Positions 15,201 to 30,502 of a stretch of DNA of 64,000 bases are shown here, one piece after another. The stretch is taken from contig NIVC01001315.1 in the NCBI GenBank assembly GCA_002269645.1, forward strand, positions 124,001 through 188,000, read 5' to 3'. Source of the stretch: Macrostomum lignano (Eukaryota). How positions within the stretch are numbered: position 1 is the stretch's first letter; each line of letters starts with the position of its first letter. A program made the translations under genes and the position numbers. A model generated the notes under the pieces. It ran no database searches and was not told where the DNA came from. It was given only the letters and a program-made list of their open reading frames with translations.

Positions 15201-18200
15201 GAGTACTTGCGCTCGCACACCATCACGGTGGAGCAGGTCTGGCCGGCATCGCCAGTCTGCTTGGTGAAGATCTTGTGGCCCAGCATCTTTGAGGACACGT
15301 CGCGAGCCTCCTCGGGATTGAAGACGATCTTCACGCCGCCCTTCAGGCCGCTGTTCCAGAAGCCTTTGCCGCGGCCTCCAGCCAGCACCTGGGCCTTCAC
15401 CACCACGTCGCCCTGCTTCTGGTCTTTGGCTAGCCGGAAGGGAAGAGGTTTGGTGCGAGGGGATCAGTTGAAGGCGGTGGTGCTGCTTGCCAGTCCCAGG
15501 GGGCTTCGGCCAGTCCCAGGGGGCTTCGGCCAGTCCCAGGGGGCTTCGGCCAGTCCCAGGGGGCTTCGGCTAGTCGCAGGGGGCTTCGGCCAATCCCAGG
15601 GGGCTTCGGCCAGTCCCAGGGGCTTTGGATAGTCCCAGGGGGCTTCGGCCAGTACCAGGGGCTTTGGATAGTCCCAGGGGGCTTCGGCCAGTACCAGGGG
15701 CTTTGGATAGTCCCAGGGGGCTTCGGCCAGTACCAGGGGCTTTGGATAGTCCCAGGGGGCTTCGGCCAGTACCAGGGGCTTTGGATAGTCCCAGGGGGCT
15801 TCGGCCAGTACCAGGGGCTTTGGATAGTCCCAGGGGGCTTCGGCCAGTACCAGGGGCTTTGGACAGTCCCAGGGGGCTTCGGCCAGTACCAGGGGCTTTG
15901 GATAGTCCCAGGGGGGCTTCGGCCAGTGCCCGTTCCGCTGACTATTGGCCTGGAGCTTGTTGTGCGGTCCTCGCCCGCGAGAGCAACCAACGACCAACCC
16001 GGTGATCAAGGCACAGAGACTACTATCAGTAGACGCTGTACATATACACCCGAGTGAGTGCGGGCTCAAGGGGAATGGGCCTTGATTGCCTACGATTACT
16101 AATGTTTTGCTGCTTGAACGATGTAGAAGATTTATGGTCTGTTGGCAATTGCGCACGCTGCCATTTATGAGAGTTAGTTTAAGCTCAATGCACATTTAAA
16201 CTACTCACATCAGTAGGCACTGAGCATATCATTAGTCAATGGTTAAATGTGATACAAAAATTGTTTGCAAAATTTATTTAAGCTTTTTTCTGTTAAGCGT
16301 ACAGATTACTACTTATTAATACCAAAGTCAGTAGTATCTTTAGTATAGTCCAATTTATGGAAATTAAAAATATAATTCACAACATATGATCTAGAGATAA
16401 TTCTGCACATGCTAAGTAGGTAAATGCTAAACGAAAACGGGTGTGCTCTACAAATTACAGGTAGTCACAGATGTTACAGATTTGTAAAATATCCGTGCAC
16501 TTGTATGCTCTCAGGAGTCAGGGAAAAGGAAAGAATTGCTTAGCGCTGTTTGTGGGACGATTTCGCCGAAGGCGTTGCGCCAGGGTGCCTACAGCCCTTC
16601 TGCAAATATAACTGCTTGTGTCTGATTGGTTACCAGCATACTAGCTCTCTGATTGGTTGCCACCATACCAGCTCTCTGATTGGTTGCCACCATACTAGCT
16701 CTCTGATTGGTTGTCACCAAACCAGCCTTTTGATTGGTTGCCACCATACGAGCTCTCTGATTGGTTGTCACCATACTAGCTCTGATTGGTTGCCACCATA
16801 CCAGCTCTCTGATTGGTTGCCACCATACTAGCTCTCTGATTGGTTGTCACCATACTAGCTCTCTGATTGGTTGCCACCATACTAGCTCTGATTGGTTGCC
16901 ACCATACTAGCTCTCTGATTGGTTGTCACCATACTAGCTCTCTGATTGGTTGTCACCAAACCAGCTCTCTGATTGGTTGCCACCATACGAGCTCTCTGAT
17001 TGGTTGTCACCATACTAGCTCTGATTGGTTGCCACCATACCAGCTCTCTGATTGGTTGCCACCATACTAGCTCTCTGATTGGTTGTCACCATACTAGCTC
17101 TCTGATTGGTTGCCACCATACTAGCTCTGATTGGTTGCCACCATACCAGCTCTCTGATTGGTTGTCACCATACCAGCCTTTTGATTGGTTGCCACCATAC
17201 CAGCTCTCTGATTGGTTGTCACCATACTAGCTCTCTGATTGGTTGCCACTATACTAGCTCTGATTGGTTGCCACCATACCAGCTCTCTGATTGGTTGTCA
17301 CCATACCAGCTCTCTGATTGGTTGCTACCATACCAGCTCTCTGATTGGTTGTCACCACACATTTTCCTGTTTCCTAAACAAAGCATGTTCATCAGACTTA
17401 ACTGTCTCATAAAGCTCCACTTACTGCTTCAGATCAAACTATTGCAGCAATTAGCGCTTGCATTAAAACGGGTAAGAGAAGCGAAAGCAACTCACATAAA
17501 AATATTCCTAGGTAGTTACTAAACACACAAAAATCCAATGGCACAAGCATTGAAACGAAAAAACTAGCTAGTGCAAAACAACAAACAAACACAGCAGTAA
17601 CCAACTGAAAACATTTTGTATTACATGTCTGCGAGTCCACTGAGAAATGGGAGGGCAGCAGCGGCAGAGATGCATTTAGTAAAAGAGCACAATAATACAT
17701 TTAAGAATTCGCAGAGCCAATCAACCCCAGAGCCAGCTCACCCAGATCCTGAGCCATCTGGTAGACCTGGGCACTGGTCTTGGCCACGCCAAACTTTGGC
17801 ACAGCAATGCCGCTCTTCTGCAGCAGGCCCATGGCCATGTACTCGTGAATAGAGAACAGCCGCTTGGCCTGTGAGAATGCATCCTGGAGTGTTGATGAGG
17901 CGGCATTGGAGAGCTGTTACTATGTATCAGTGGATCAGTATGAATCATTAATGCTGACTAAGCAAAATAGGGTAAGAATAAGATTTCAATTATAACTTTC
18001 TGACAAAGTAAATCAGAATAAATGTCCTAGCAAGGATTTTTTGTGATTCAACAAGAATTTAATATAAGATTTATATTATTAGAGGAAATTATATAAGGTG
18101 CTCCAAATCTCCATGATCTTTAACTATAACTGCCACTAGGCAAGATCTCTATAGCTGAAATCTAATCAAATTTAGCTCAAAAAGTGCCACCCCAAATTTC

Positions 18201-21020
18201 CCATAACTATAGCTACCAAGGTTTGGACTGTGTATGCCAGGTCTGGTGGGAGAAAAAGTACAGGACCACATTTGTATGCCAGGACTAAAAAATGTTTTCA
18301 ATTATGTATGCTGAAGTTGTCCAATTTTTTCATTCTTGAATTCCTTTTTCGCGCAGAATGCCTCTGGCCTCTGCTTATCTTCTCTGTCACTAAAGTCCAT
18401 TGAAACTTCTCTGTTCTATTCTCTCTTCTATCTCACACTCTTCTCTTCCATATCCTCTCTCCTGTTATATGTATCTCTTCTCTTTTCTTTCTTTACTTAT
18501 CTATCATGTATTGTGTTTTCTCTCTTCTGATCTCTTCCTACTTCTCTATTCTCATACCACTTCTATATTGTCACTCCTTTCTTTTTTTCCTCTTTTCTTT
18601 CTTATCTATTCTATTCTCTCATCTCTCAATCCTTTCTCCTCGACTAATCCTTGGTATAGGCGCCAACAAACTTGCTAGCATACTGCACCACCCAGCTATC
18701 CCACTGATCTTGCTCCACTATGCAACCTCTGACGCCCTGGCTGCCAAGGCGAAGGATAGGGTGATACAGCACTGCAAGATGTGGTGCTGCCTGCCTGTCT
18801 ACAGGTTAACAGCTTAATTAAACTTTAACTTGATAGACAATCAAGTTAAGGTTTTGACCTCCAATAGCTTGGATGCCTATGAAATTGACCTTTAAATTGT
18901 AAGAGATAAGAGATGCCTCCTAATAAAGCCTGCAATCTTAAATCTTGTTTTAAAATAATGTGTTTCACATAGTGATGGATCAGATGGATCAGCAAAATTT
19001 AATGTCATATTGTTCATTTCTACAATTGTCTGTGTTTGCAGTAAAATTTTTAAAAGTGTTAATAAGTAAAGTTACCTCACTTCAGGCCCTTTGAGGCATT
19101 CAACTTAAAGTTGCAGAAACATTTTTAGGTAATCATTGTTTAAGTGTAATCATTACTTTTTTTTTAAATGCAAATGCAATGGACTTTTTAACATGCACTG
19201 TACACAGTAAAGCTATAAAATTGTACAAATGTAATGTCAGTTCTAGTATTAGTAATTAGAATTAGTTAGATTAGATATATATGAATTAAATTCAATTCTA
19301 AGTTCAATTCAATTCAGATACTAGTTAGATTTAGTATTATATAAGCCAGAGATAGATTGAATCTTGTTAGTAAATTAATTTGTACACTACTAATACAATT
19401 ACTAATTAGATGATGAGGCATTTTTGTGACTGAAAAGTGTCATAGTTACTTCTGCCATTTACCTTTATTTTTTTCTACATTCAGAAACACATTCAGATAT
19501 AATGATTTAGATTTGGAATTTTTTTGTACATTTGGATTTGGTTTTGGAACCTTGCAAAAATCTACATTCAGTCCATCATTAGTTTCACAATAACTATCTA
19601 TATAGTATATATTGCTAGTAGTATGCATTGGTTACTACTCAAAAGCTATCCAAAAGTGGATAATAGAGATGTTCCAAAATTTCAATTTCCATTTTGATTT
19701 TTCAAAATTCAGAATTTTTAGAACAAACTTTGATTTTGAAAAAAAATTCAAAAGTCAAAATTTTGGAAATGTCAACTTTTGAAATTTTTTATCCAACTTT
19801 AATATTCTTAGAACTAAGTAACTTTCTTATGAATTGGTAATATTATTATATTTTTTAGGTATTTGAATTTGTTGAAACTTTTTTTATAAATTTAGGTGTA
19901 TATATGTAGTTTTTTGGAACTGAAAATTTTTGTAAAATTTTGTAGAACTTTAAAGAGTTGTAAAAGCATTTGCTGATATATTGCATATTTTGTGCATATT
20001 ATGGTATATATATATATACCATAATATGTACATGCAATACAGTTTATACAATTATGATTATTGCTAGTCATGCATTGATTTATACATGTATAATTATTGC
20101 TTGCTTACATGATACTGTAACTGCATGATAATGCATTCATCTTTTTCAATACATACATAATATATACAATGTACATGTAGCTCAATCTCCTGCCTGAGTC
20201 CTGGAAGTATTTTTTGAATTATCCTTTTATACAGTTGCCACTACTATATACCAAGACTACTTTATATGTACATGGCATATAAACTAGGAGCATGGCAAGG
20301 AGTATACATAGTTTCTGCATCAAAAAAAAGTTTTTGCATTCAAAGTGACAATGAGGGATTCTAGGCCCTGCTTATTTAGTGACTGAAAGTAAACTAATTT
20401 CTGCTATATATACATATATTTTGTTTTGTATAAGCAGTAAATCAAAAGTAAAAAGTGAGTGTTATATAATATAGCCATAATATAGTAAAATAGTATTTAT
20501 CTAATTTTTATAAACAAATTTATAAGTGAACTCAGATTATAGATACTTACCAAATATTAAATAAATTGTTATGGAATTGCAAATTCATTTTGCATAGACC
20601 TATTAAGGCTACTTTTGAATTTTAAAAATATAAAAATAAGTGTTAAAGGACCTAGTCCTAGGCCTAATATAATATTTGATAATAGGCTAATCATTCTTAA
20701 TTTTCCTTAGACCTTAATATTAAAACTAAGACTACTGTACTGTTTTGATAAGAAACTTTTACATTGGTAGAACAAGAGATAAAAATGTTATAAATCTTCA
20801 AAACTTGGAATTTTTAATTTTGGTCAACATAGGCCTATAATGGTTGACCTATACTGAATTAACACAATCCAAAAATGTATTGGATTTGACTGAAATCATA
20901 TATTTTATTAAAGCACAAAATATGTATCAAACATTTCAAAAGTTTTTTTCCAGTTAGAAAACTTACACCTTGAGACTGAACTGCTCTGAGAAGAGATGAA
21001 ACTTTACTTCCACGAAACAT
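12213..21020 (-). CDS. SUCLA2: Succinyl-CoA ligase [ADP-forming] beta subunit, mitochondrial (about 438 aa); exons 21020-20967, 17868-17742, 15429-14884, 14575-14310, 14023-13775, 12287-12213
   Basis: Motifs [69 protein letters not shown] and the SUCLA2-type C-terminus VKFELPI. All junctions are GT-AG and phase-compatible. Exon 1 ([18 protein letters not shown]) looks like a mitochondrial presequence and is less certain. Confidence 0.95.
14050..14290. repeat. 21-bp minisatellite (ccctgtctgaattcccctcta) in a SUCLA2 intron
   Basis: Direct reading. Confidence 0.88.
14630..14830. repeat. 15-bp purine-rich repeat (gggaggggagatcag) in a SUCLA2 intron
   Basis: Direct reading. Confidence 0.85.
15490..15925. 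repeat. About 20-bp repeat switching to a 39-bp dimeric unit (gggggcttcggccagtaccaggggctttggatagtccca) in a SUCLA2 intron
   Basis: Direct reading; 13-aa periodicity in the pseudo-ORFs. Confidence 0.9.
16620..17355. repeat. 25/27-bp minisatellite (ctctgattggttgccaccatactagct) in a SUCLA2 intron
   Basis: More than 25 copies, each carrying CTGATTGGTT. Confidence 0.92.
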
Positions 21021-22764
21021 GTTGTGCTCACAGCTGAGAGTCAGTAAATATTAATTTAGTGGAAAAAAGTTGAATGATGACGCGAAAGGCGACGAGCAGC
21101 TTTACTTATCTTCGTTTAATGCTTGAATTTCTAGAACTATGTCAGTCAAGTTAAATGCCACGATTACGATGCGATCAATAGAATTAGTATAGTTCGTATC
21201 TGAAAAGGAACCTTAAAGGAAATATAAAAATACCAAAGAAAGCAACCCTCAATTTAACAAGTCCAATGACGAATTAGCTCGTGCGTGGGTGCGACGCGAG
21301 TGTTTAATTCTTGCCTGTATACGGTCAGCTGTTAACTTGACGCTTTGCGAGGCCGACTTAACGTACGTGTTTGGAGCACGCACTTTTTTCTTATTTAAAA
21401 ACAATATTTGTTTGCAAGCACAATTTTACCAAGTTACATGACACAAAATACTATTATAATTTATAGAAAATAAATTTAAGTATACGTATAAAATTATTTA
21501 CAAACTAAACTAGTCACGGTTACATACCGAATGCTTGTTAACCTATGTTTGCGTAACCACTCCGTAGAGTAGAAATATTGAATAGTCTACTTTTAGTTTT
21601 GCAATGAACATGTTAAAGGGGAGTTGACAAATTGCCAATGGGATAGGACACGTAGCAATGGTAAATCCAGTGAGGCCAAAAAATTCATATCTTTTTAGCT
21701 TGTTTTGACGAAATTTAAACTGATTTTGGAAAACGGCTGCATAATGTATGCCTGTACAATAATAGACTGTGTGTGTAATTGCCCCCCCCCCCCCTCCTAA
21801 GAGTTTTCTGGATCGGCCCCATTAAAATAATTCTGCATTCCTCTGTGCGCGACAAAACATATAAAAATACTCTTACGCCGACCATATCAATTACGCTCGT
21901 ATCGCTATACTGCATCTATAAGCAACGTGCAGAATTATAACTTTCACAAATCTCGGCAAGCCATCTGCAAAATGCTGAATGCAATCGCTATCGCTAGTCA
22001 TCGCTATGACAAAATTTGCGGACCATAATATTACAACTGGAATTTACATGCAAGTGGTTCAAGCGATGCACCGACTGGACTGCGCGTGACTGCGTTTTTC
22101 TTGGACTGCAGATTTGATCTTTCCCCAGATTTGCAATTTTAACGAGTGTCTATATCATACATATGTACATGTACATTATACATTCCATACGTAAGCTGTA
22201 CCTGCAGTAAGTTCATGCTCGGCATTTTTGCTCAATCGTACTTGTCAGAATAATTGAAAGTGTCTGATCCTAGCTACTACTGTTGTCAGACCCTATAGCG
22301 CTAACTGCATACAATTAGTAGCAGCAGGCCGGCTACGCTATAATCCATTTAAATCAGTTACATGTACATGTAACCTATGACATGTAATTAGGTCGTACAT
22401 AATCAGAGTCATATGTGGATATAGCATTCGTGTATTTTTCGCAACATGGTTCTCCAGTTAAACCAAAGCCGCAGATTCTGATCTCTGACAGACAATATAT
22501 GTACATGTACATGTATGCAGACGCTCGTATTGTGTACATGTACAAAGTTAAGATATTAAAAGCAACAAAGAAGCGACAAGATTTGAGCCTATCTAAATAT
22601 ACTAAATCTCTAAGGTTTGTATGCTTGTCCATAACGCTCTAGTATAGATGCTATTTTCGTAAATACTCGATCGTCTTAAAATTATATTTAGAATTCAGTG
22701 CACTAGCAAGTTAAATATCATCACAGTTCATAGAATGGATTGATCAATTACGTGGAATGCGCCG

Positions 22765-25733
<2,969 letters not shown>

Positions 25734-27089
25734 GCAGCAGCGACAAGAGAGCCGGCAGTGCAAATTGGAAGATGAGGCGTAGAGTCTGCGACTGTGCTGA
25801 GCTGACCTGCTGAGTACAGGCTTTTAATGCAAGAGTTTGCCAAGTGCTGCTTCCAGCACCGTCTCTCGTTTCTCTGCTTCTCTGACCCCCCCCCCCCAGT
25901 CTTCCGCTGCACGGCCAGTCAAGGCTCAGTTTTAGCTTGGGGGGAGAGCCGCGGGGTGCGCAGCTTCTCTTCTCGTCTGCTGCCCGCCCCCAGTCCCGAA
26001 GAGTATGGAGGTGCACCTGAAGCTCTGCCGCTCAACACACCTCTTGGACAAGTGTTCTTGACCCACTTTCATGAGTTGGGTTGTTTTCATTGCATGCACA
26101 GCAAAAGGCGCTGCGCTGCCAGTTAGATCGGATTTTTTTGTTCTTAGTGATTGTAATCCTTATCTAAAATGCGCTAGTAACCTACCTAGTAATTTGGCAC
26201 TGTCAAATTGGGAATTAAAAGCTGATGAGCCTGACAGTTACTGCACTAAACCATGTCCCAGCCACACGTGAGGAAGAAATTATTTTCATCATGAAAATCT
26301 TTTAGTTCACAATTTTTACGCTAATCCGTGGGAATGCCCAGATAGGACGGCCTTAAAGATAATATTTGCGAAACTATTTTGATATATTGATAACAATTGC
26401 CTAGAATTTTCCCATTGGACGGGCCCTGGCTGGCTAGCTCTCGATTCTGACTGGCTGCATGAGATCTCCAATCTCGAAATGGAGCACGTGACTCAGATTG
26501 TCTGGCACTGCAGAATAGGAGTTCAAATTCTGTCAGGAAAATGATCGACAACACAAAAAGTTAAAACCAAAGTACAAGACGAATTTATGGAAAAAAATAT
26601 TTCCACAATTAGTAATAATAATTCTCAAATCTACAAGAGAAAGATTATTGTGAAAAAAACGCAGGTGGCCTACTGCCAGTAGTCCAATATTGCATGTAGG
26701 AGCCAAATGTGTAATTGTGTAGAAAGTTGAAAAAAGTGCCTACTCATCGTGCGGTTATGAAACAGGCAGCCAAAGATCTTAATTTCCGTCCCCAAACGAA
26801 GTGAAGCGAAATGATCGCTCGCAATGAGTTTCGTGATTCAACAGTCTACCGCAGACCTGCGGGAACCGCGTGCAAGCGACCAGCCGAGTTCAAAGTTATT
26901 TTCCTCCCGCCGACTTTTGCAGTTGTGCCGATAAAATCTCCTAAATGTACTCGTGAGCTTAAACAAAACATTCCTCATTGCAATTCCCGGATTTGCAGCA
27001 TATTGATTAGAATTGTCATGTTTAATTCCTCACAACAACTTCAGCGAACTCAACGCAGCGAAGTTTAGAGCTCTTGAGTTAGCTCCCCG

Positions 27090-28660
27090 CGCTGTTTGAC
27101 AATCGCCTAACAACTGTTTGACAATTTGACAATTTTCTGACAATTGACGATCACCTGTCAATTGTTAATCTGTCTGACTGTCTTGTCAGACAGTCTTCTG
27201 ACAATTGTTTGAAAATTTGACAATCGCCTGACCATTGTTTGAAATTCGCCTGACCATTGTTTGACAATCTGACCATTGTTTGACAATTGCCTGACCATTG
27301 TTTGACACTCGCCTGACCATTGTTTGACACTCGCCTGATTATTGTTTGACAATTGCCTGACCATTGTTTAACAATCGCCTGACCATTGTTTGACACTCGC
27401 CTGACCATTGTTTGACACTCGCCTGACCATTGTTTGACAATTGCCTGACCATTGTTTGACACTCGCCTGACAATTGTTTAACAATCGCCTGACAATTGTT
27501 TGACACTCGCCTGACCATTGTTTGACACTCGCCTGACCATTGTTTGACACTCGCCTGACCATTGTTTGACACTCGCCTGACAAATTGTTTGACAATCGCC
27601 TGACAATTGTTTGACACTCGCCTGACCATTGTTTGACACTCGCCTGACCATTGTTTGACAATTGCCTGACCATTGTTTGACACTCGCCTGACAATTGTTT
27701 AACAATCGCCTGACAATTGTTTGACACTCGCCTGACCATTGTTTGACACTCGCCTGACCATTGTTTGACACTCGCCTGACCATTGTTTGACACTCGCCTG
27801 ACAAATTGTTTGACAATCGCCTGACAATTGTTTGACACTCGCCTGACCATTGTTTGACACTCGCCTGACAATTGTTTGACACTCGCCTGATTATTGTTTG
27901 ACAATTGCCTGACCATTGTTTGACACTCGCCTGACCATTGTTTGACACTCGCCAGACAAATTGTTTGACAATCGCCTGACAATTGTTTGACACTCGCCTG
28001 ACCATTGTTTGACACTCGCCTGACCATTGTTTGACAATTGCCTGACCATTGTTTAACAATCGCCTGACAATTGTTTGACACTCGCCTGACCATTGTTTGA
28101 CACTCGCCTGACCATTGTTTGACAATTGCCTGACCATTGTTTGACACTCGCCTGACCATTGTTTGACACTCGCCTGACCATTGTTTGACACTCGCCTGAC
28201 CATTGTTTGACACTCGCCTGACCATTGTTTGACAATTGCCTGACCATTGTTTAACAATCGCCTGACAATTGTTTGACACTCGCCTGACCATTGTTTGACA
28301 CTCGCCTGACCATTGTTTGACAATTGCCTGACCATTGTTTGACACTCGCCTAACCATTGTTTGACAATTGCCTGACCATTGTTTAACAATCGCCTGACAA
28401 TTGTTTGACACTCGCCTGACCATTGTTTGACACTCGCCTGACCATTGTTTGACACTCGCCTGACCATTGTTTGACACTCGCCTGACAAATTGTTTGACAA
28501 TCGCCTGACAATTGTTTGACACTCGCCTGACCATTGTTTGACACTCGCCTGACAATTGTTTGACACTCGCCTGACAATTGTTTAACAATCTCCTGACAAT
28601 TGTTTGACAATCTCCTGACAATTGTTTGACAATCACCTGACAATTGTTTGACAATCACCT
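27090..28660. repeat. 22-bp minisatellite (ttgtttgacactcgcctgacca), about 70 copies
   Basis: Direct reading; variant units recur in higher-order blocks. Confidence 0.95.
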
Positions 28661-29586
28661 TATGCCATTAGCCGTTTGGAAACCCCCCAGATCAAGAGCA
28701 TACATAAAAGCTTCATGAGCTCTTCGAAGTTCAAAAAGGTTATGCAAATTGCTTCCACGACGTAAAGACCCAATTCGGTCGTTAAGTCTTCAGAAACCTC
28801 TCTGCTATCTCCAGCGTCTTCCATACAACAGAACACTATAAAAAAGCAATACAAAGGCATGACTATTCAGTTCGAATTTGTTTAATAAAGCTATTATATT
28901 AGAGCCAAGTGCGTTTAATCCTGTAATTAGTATATGCTGCTTAAGCAGTTCAGTACTCGTAAAACAACGAATTTTAATAAGCTACAAGATAAACCACAAT
29001 TTCTATTTCACTATAGACAAATCTGCTACTTATAATCAGATAACGTCAGCAAGCTGAGCTTAAAAAACATTTTTGAGGGCCCAGCGGCCCGCTATGAATA
29101 TGCATACATTGCGAATCCATTTCTGAAAAATCCGCTACAGAATGGCATCTGTAAAACCCGATGACTCTCATAAGACATTTTTGCAAAGCCGAGAAAACTA
29201 TGAAATCCAAGGACGCGCAGCACCGCAGAAACATTCAAATTCAATTGAAGGCCCGAATATCGCGGCAAAATTAGATGCCAGAATAAGTAGATATGTAACT
29301 AGCAAAAATTTCCTTCTCTACTTCTTAGTCTATTTTCAATAGCATAATTGGCGTTGTTTGTCTTTACAATAGTATGAATGAAAACCCATTAAAATTTTCA
29401 AGACATTTACCGTTTATAAGCTCTAACAAACACCTCTAGCTTTCCAAAATCAGACCAATTAAATTAGTATCTTCATCCTGTTACCGACTCCAAACTGTCT
29501 CAGCCTCGAAATTATGTAAGAAGAATTTTTTTAAACTGGCACTCAGCCAGTCGATAAACAGTTTGGCTTTCCTCTTGCCCGCTTGT

Positions 29587-30075
29587 GTCTGACTTCGACT
29601 TCTCTCCTTACTGCTCTCTCATTGGCTGAGCCAGATTGGGCCTGCCCCCTAGACTGAGTTTCGTCCGTCTGACTTTGACCTCTCTCCTTACTGCTCTCTC
29701 ATTGGCTGAGCCAGATTGGGCCTGCCCCCTAGACTGAGTTTCGTCCGTCTGACTTTGACCTCTCTCCTTACTGCTCTCTCATTGGCTGAGCCAGATTGGG
29801 CCTGCCCCCTAGACTGAGTTTCGTCCGTCTGACTTTGACCTCTCTCCTTACTGCTCTCTCATTGGCTGAGCCAGATTGGGCCTGCCCCCTAGACTGAGTT
29901 TCGTCCGTCTGACTTTGACCTCTCTCCTTACTGCTCTCTCATTGGCTGAGCCAGATTGGGCCTGCCCCCTAGACTGAGTTTCGTCCGTCTGACTTTGACC
30001 TCTCTGCTTACTGCTCTCTCATTGGCTGAGCCAGATTGGGCCTGCCCCTCTCTAGGCTGAGTCTCGTCCGTCTAA
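29587..30075. repeat. 80-bp tandem repeat, about 6 near-identical copies
   Basis: cctgccccct recurs at 29641, 29721, 29801, 29881 and 29961. Confidence 0.93.
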
Positions 30076-30502
30076 CTTAAATGCTTGTTGTTCAATCTTA
30101 ACCCCGTATGCTTCTAAGGCCACCAAACCCCAAGGAAGGAAAGGAAATTTTAGCTACCACATTAAATTTGAGTGACACAGTTCAGACAAACTACTGAAAA
30201 GAAATGGGTATACGCTCTGCTTTTCACATCTCCAATCGGGTGACATATCTGCTTATCCTAGTTTAGTCGATATAATTTGTCAAACTGGTACATGTGCCTC
30301 AAAACACACACATACTTAATGTGCAGGTCACGGCATAAAAAACTGAATTTTCTTGTCTCGCTTTCGTGCATTGTGAACGAGATTTGAGCCTTCAAATTTT
30401 TTTCAGAACATTGCTGACGGGTCGAATCCTTGGCTAAACTTAGCAAAGCATGTTCAGACTCTGACTCTGTACATTGCCGCGTGAGGTCAAGTCAGGTCAC
30501 GG

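Noticed and set aside
19075-19110. Candidate extra SUCLA2 exon with a GTAACT donor
   Set aside because: Contains an in-frame TGA in the required phase, and the gene is complete without it.
27090-28660. CRISPR-like appearance of 22-40 bp repeat arrays (also 11235-11830, 62205-62690)
   Set aside because: Units are head-to-tail with no unique spacers, there are no cas genes, and the context is eukaryotic.
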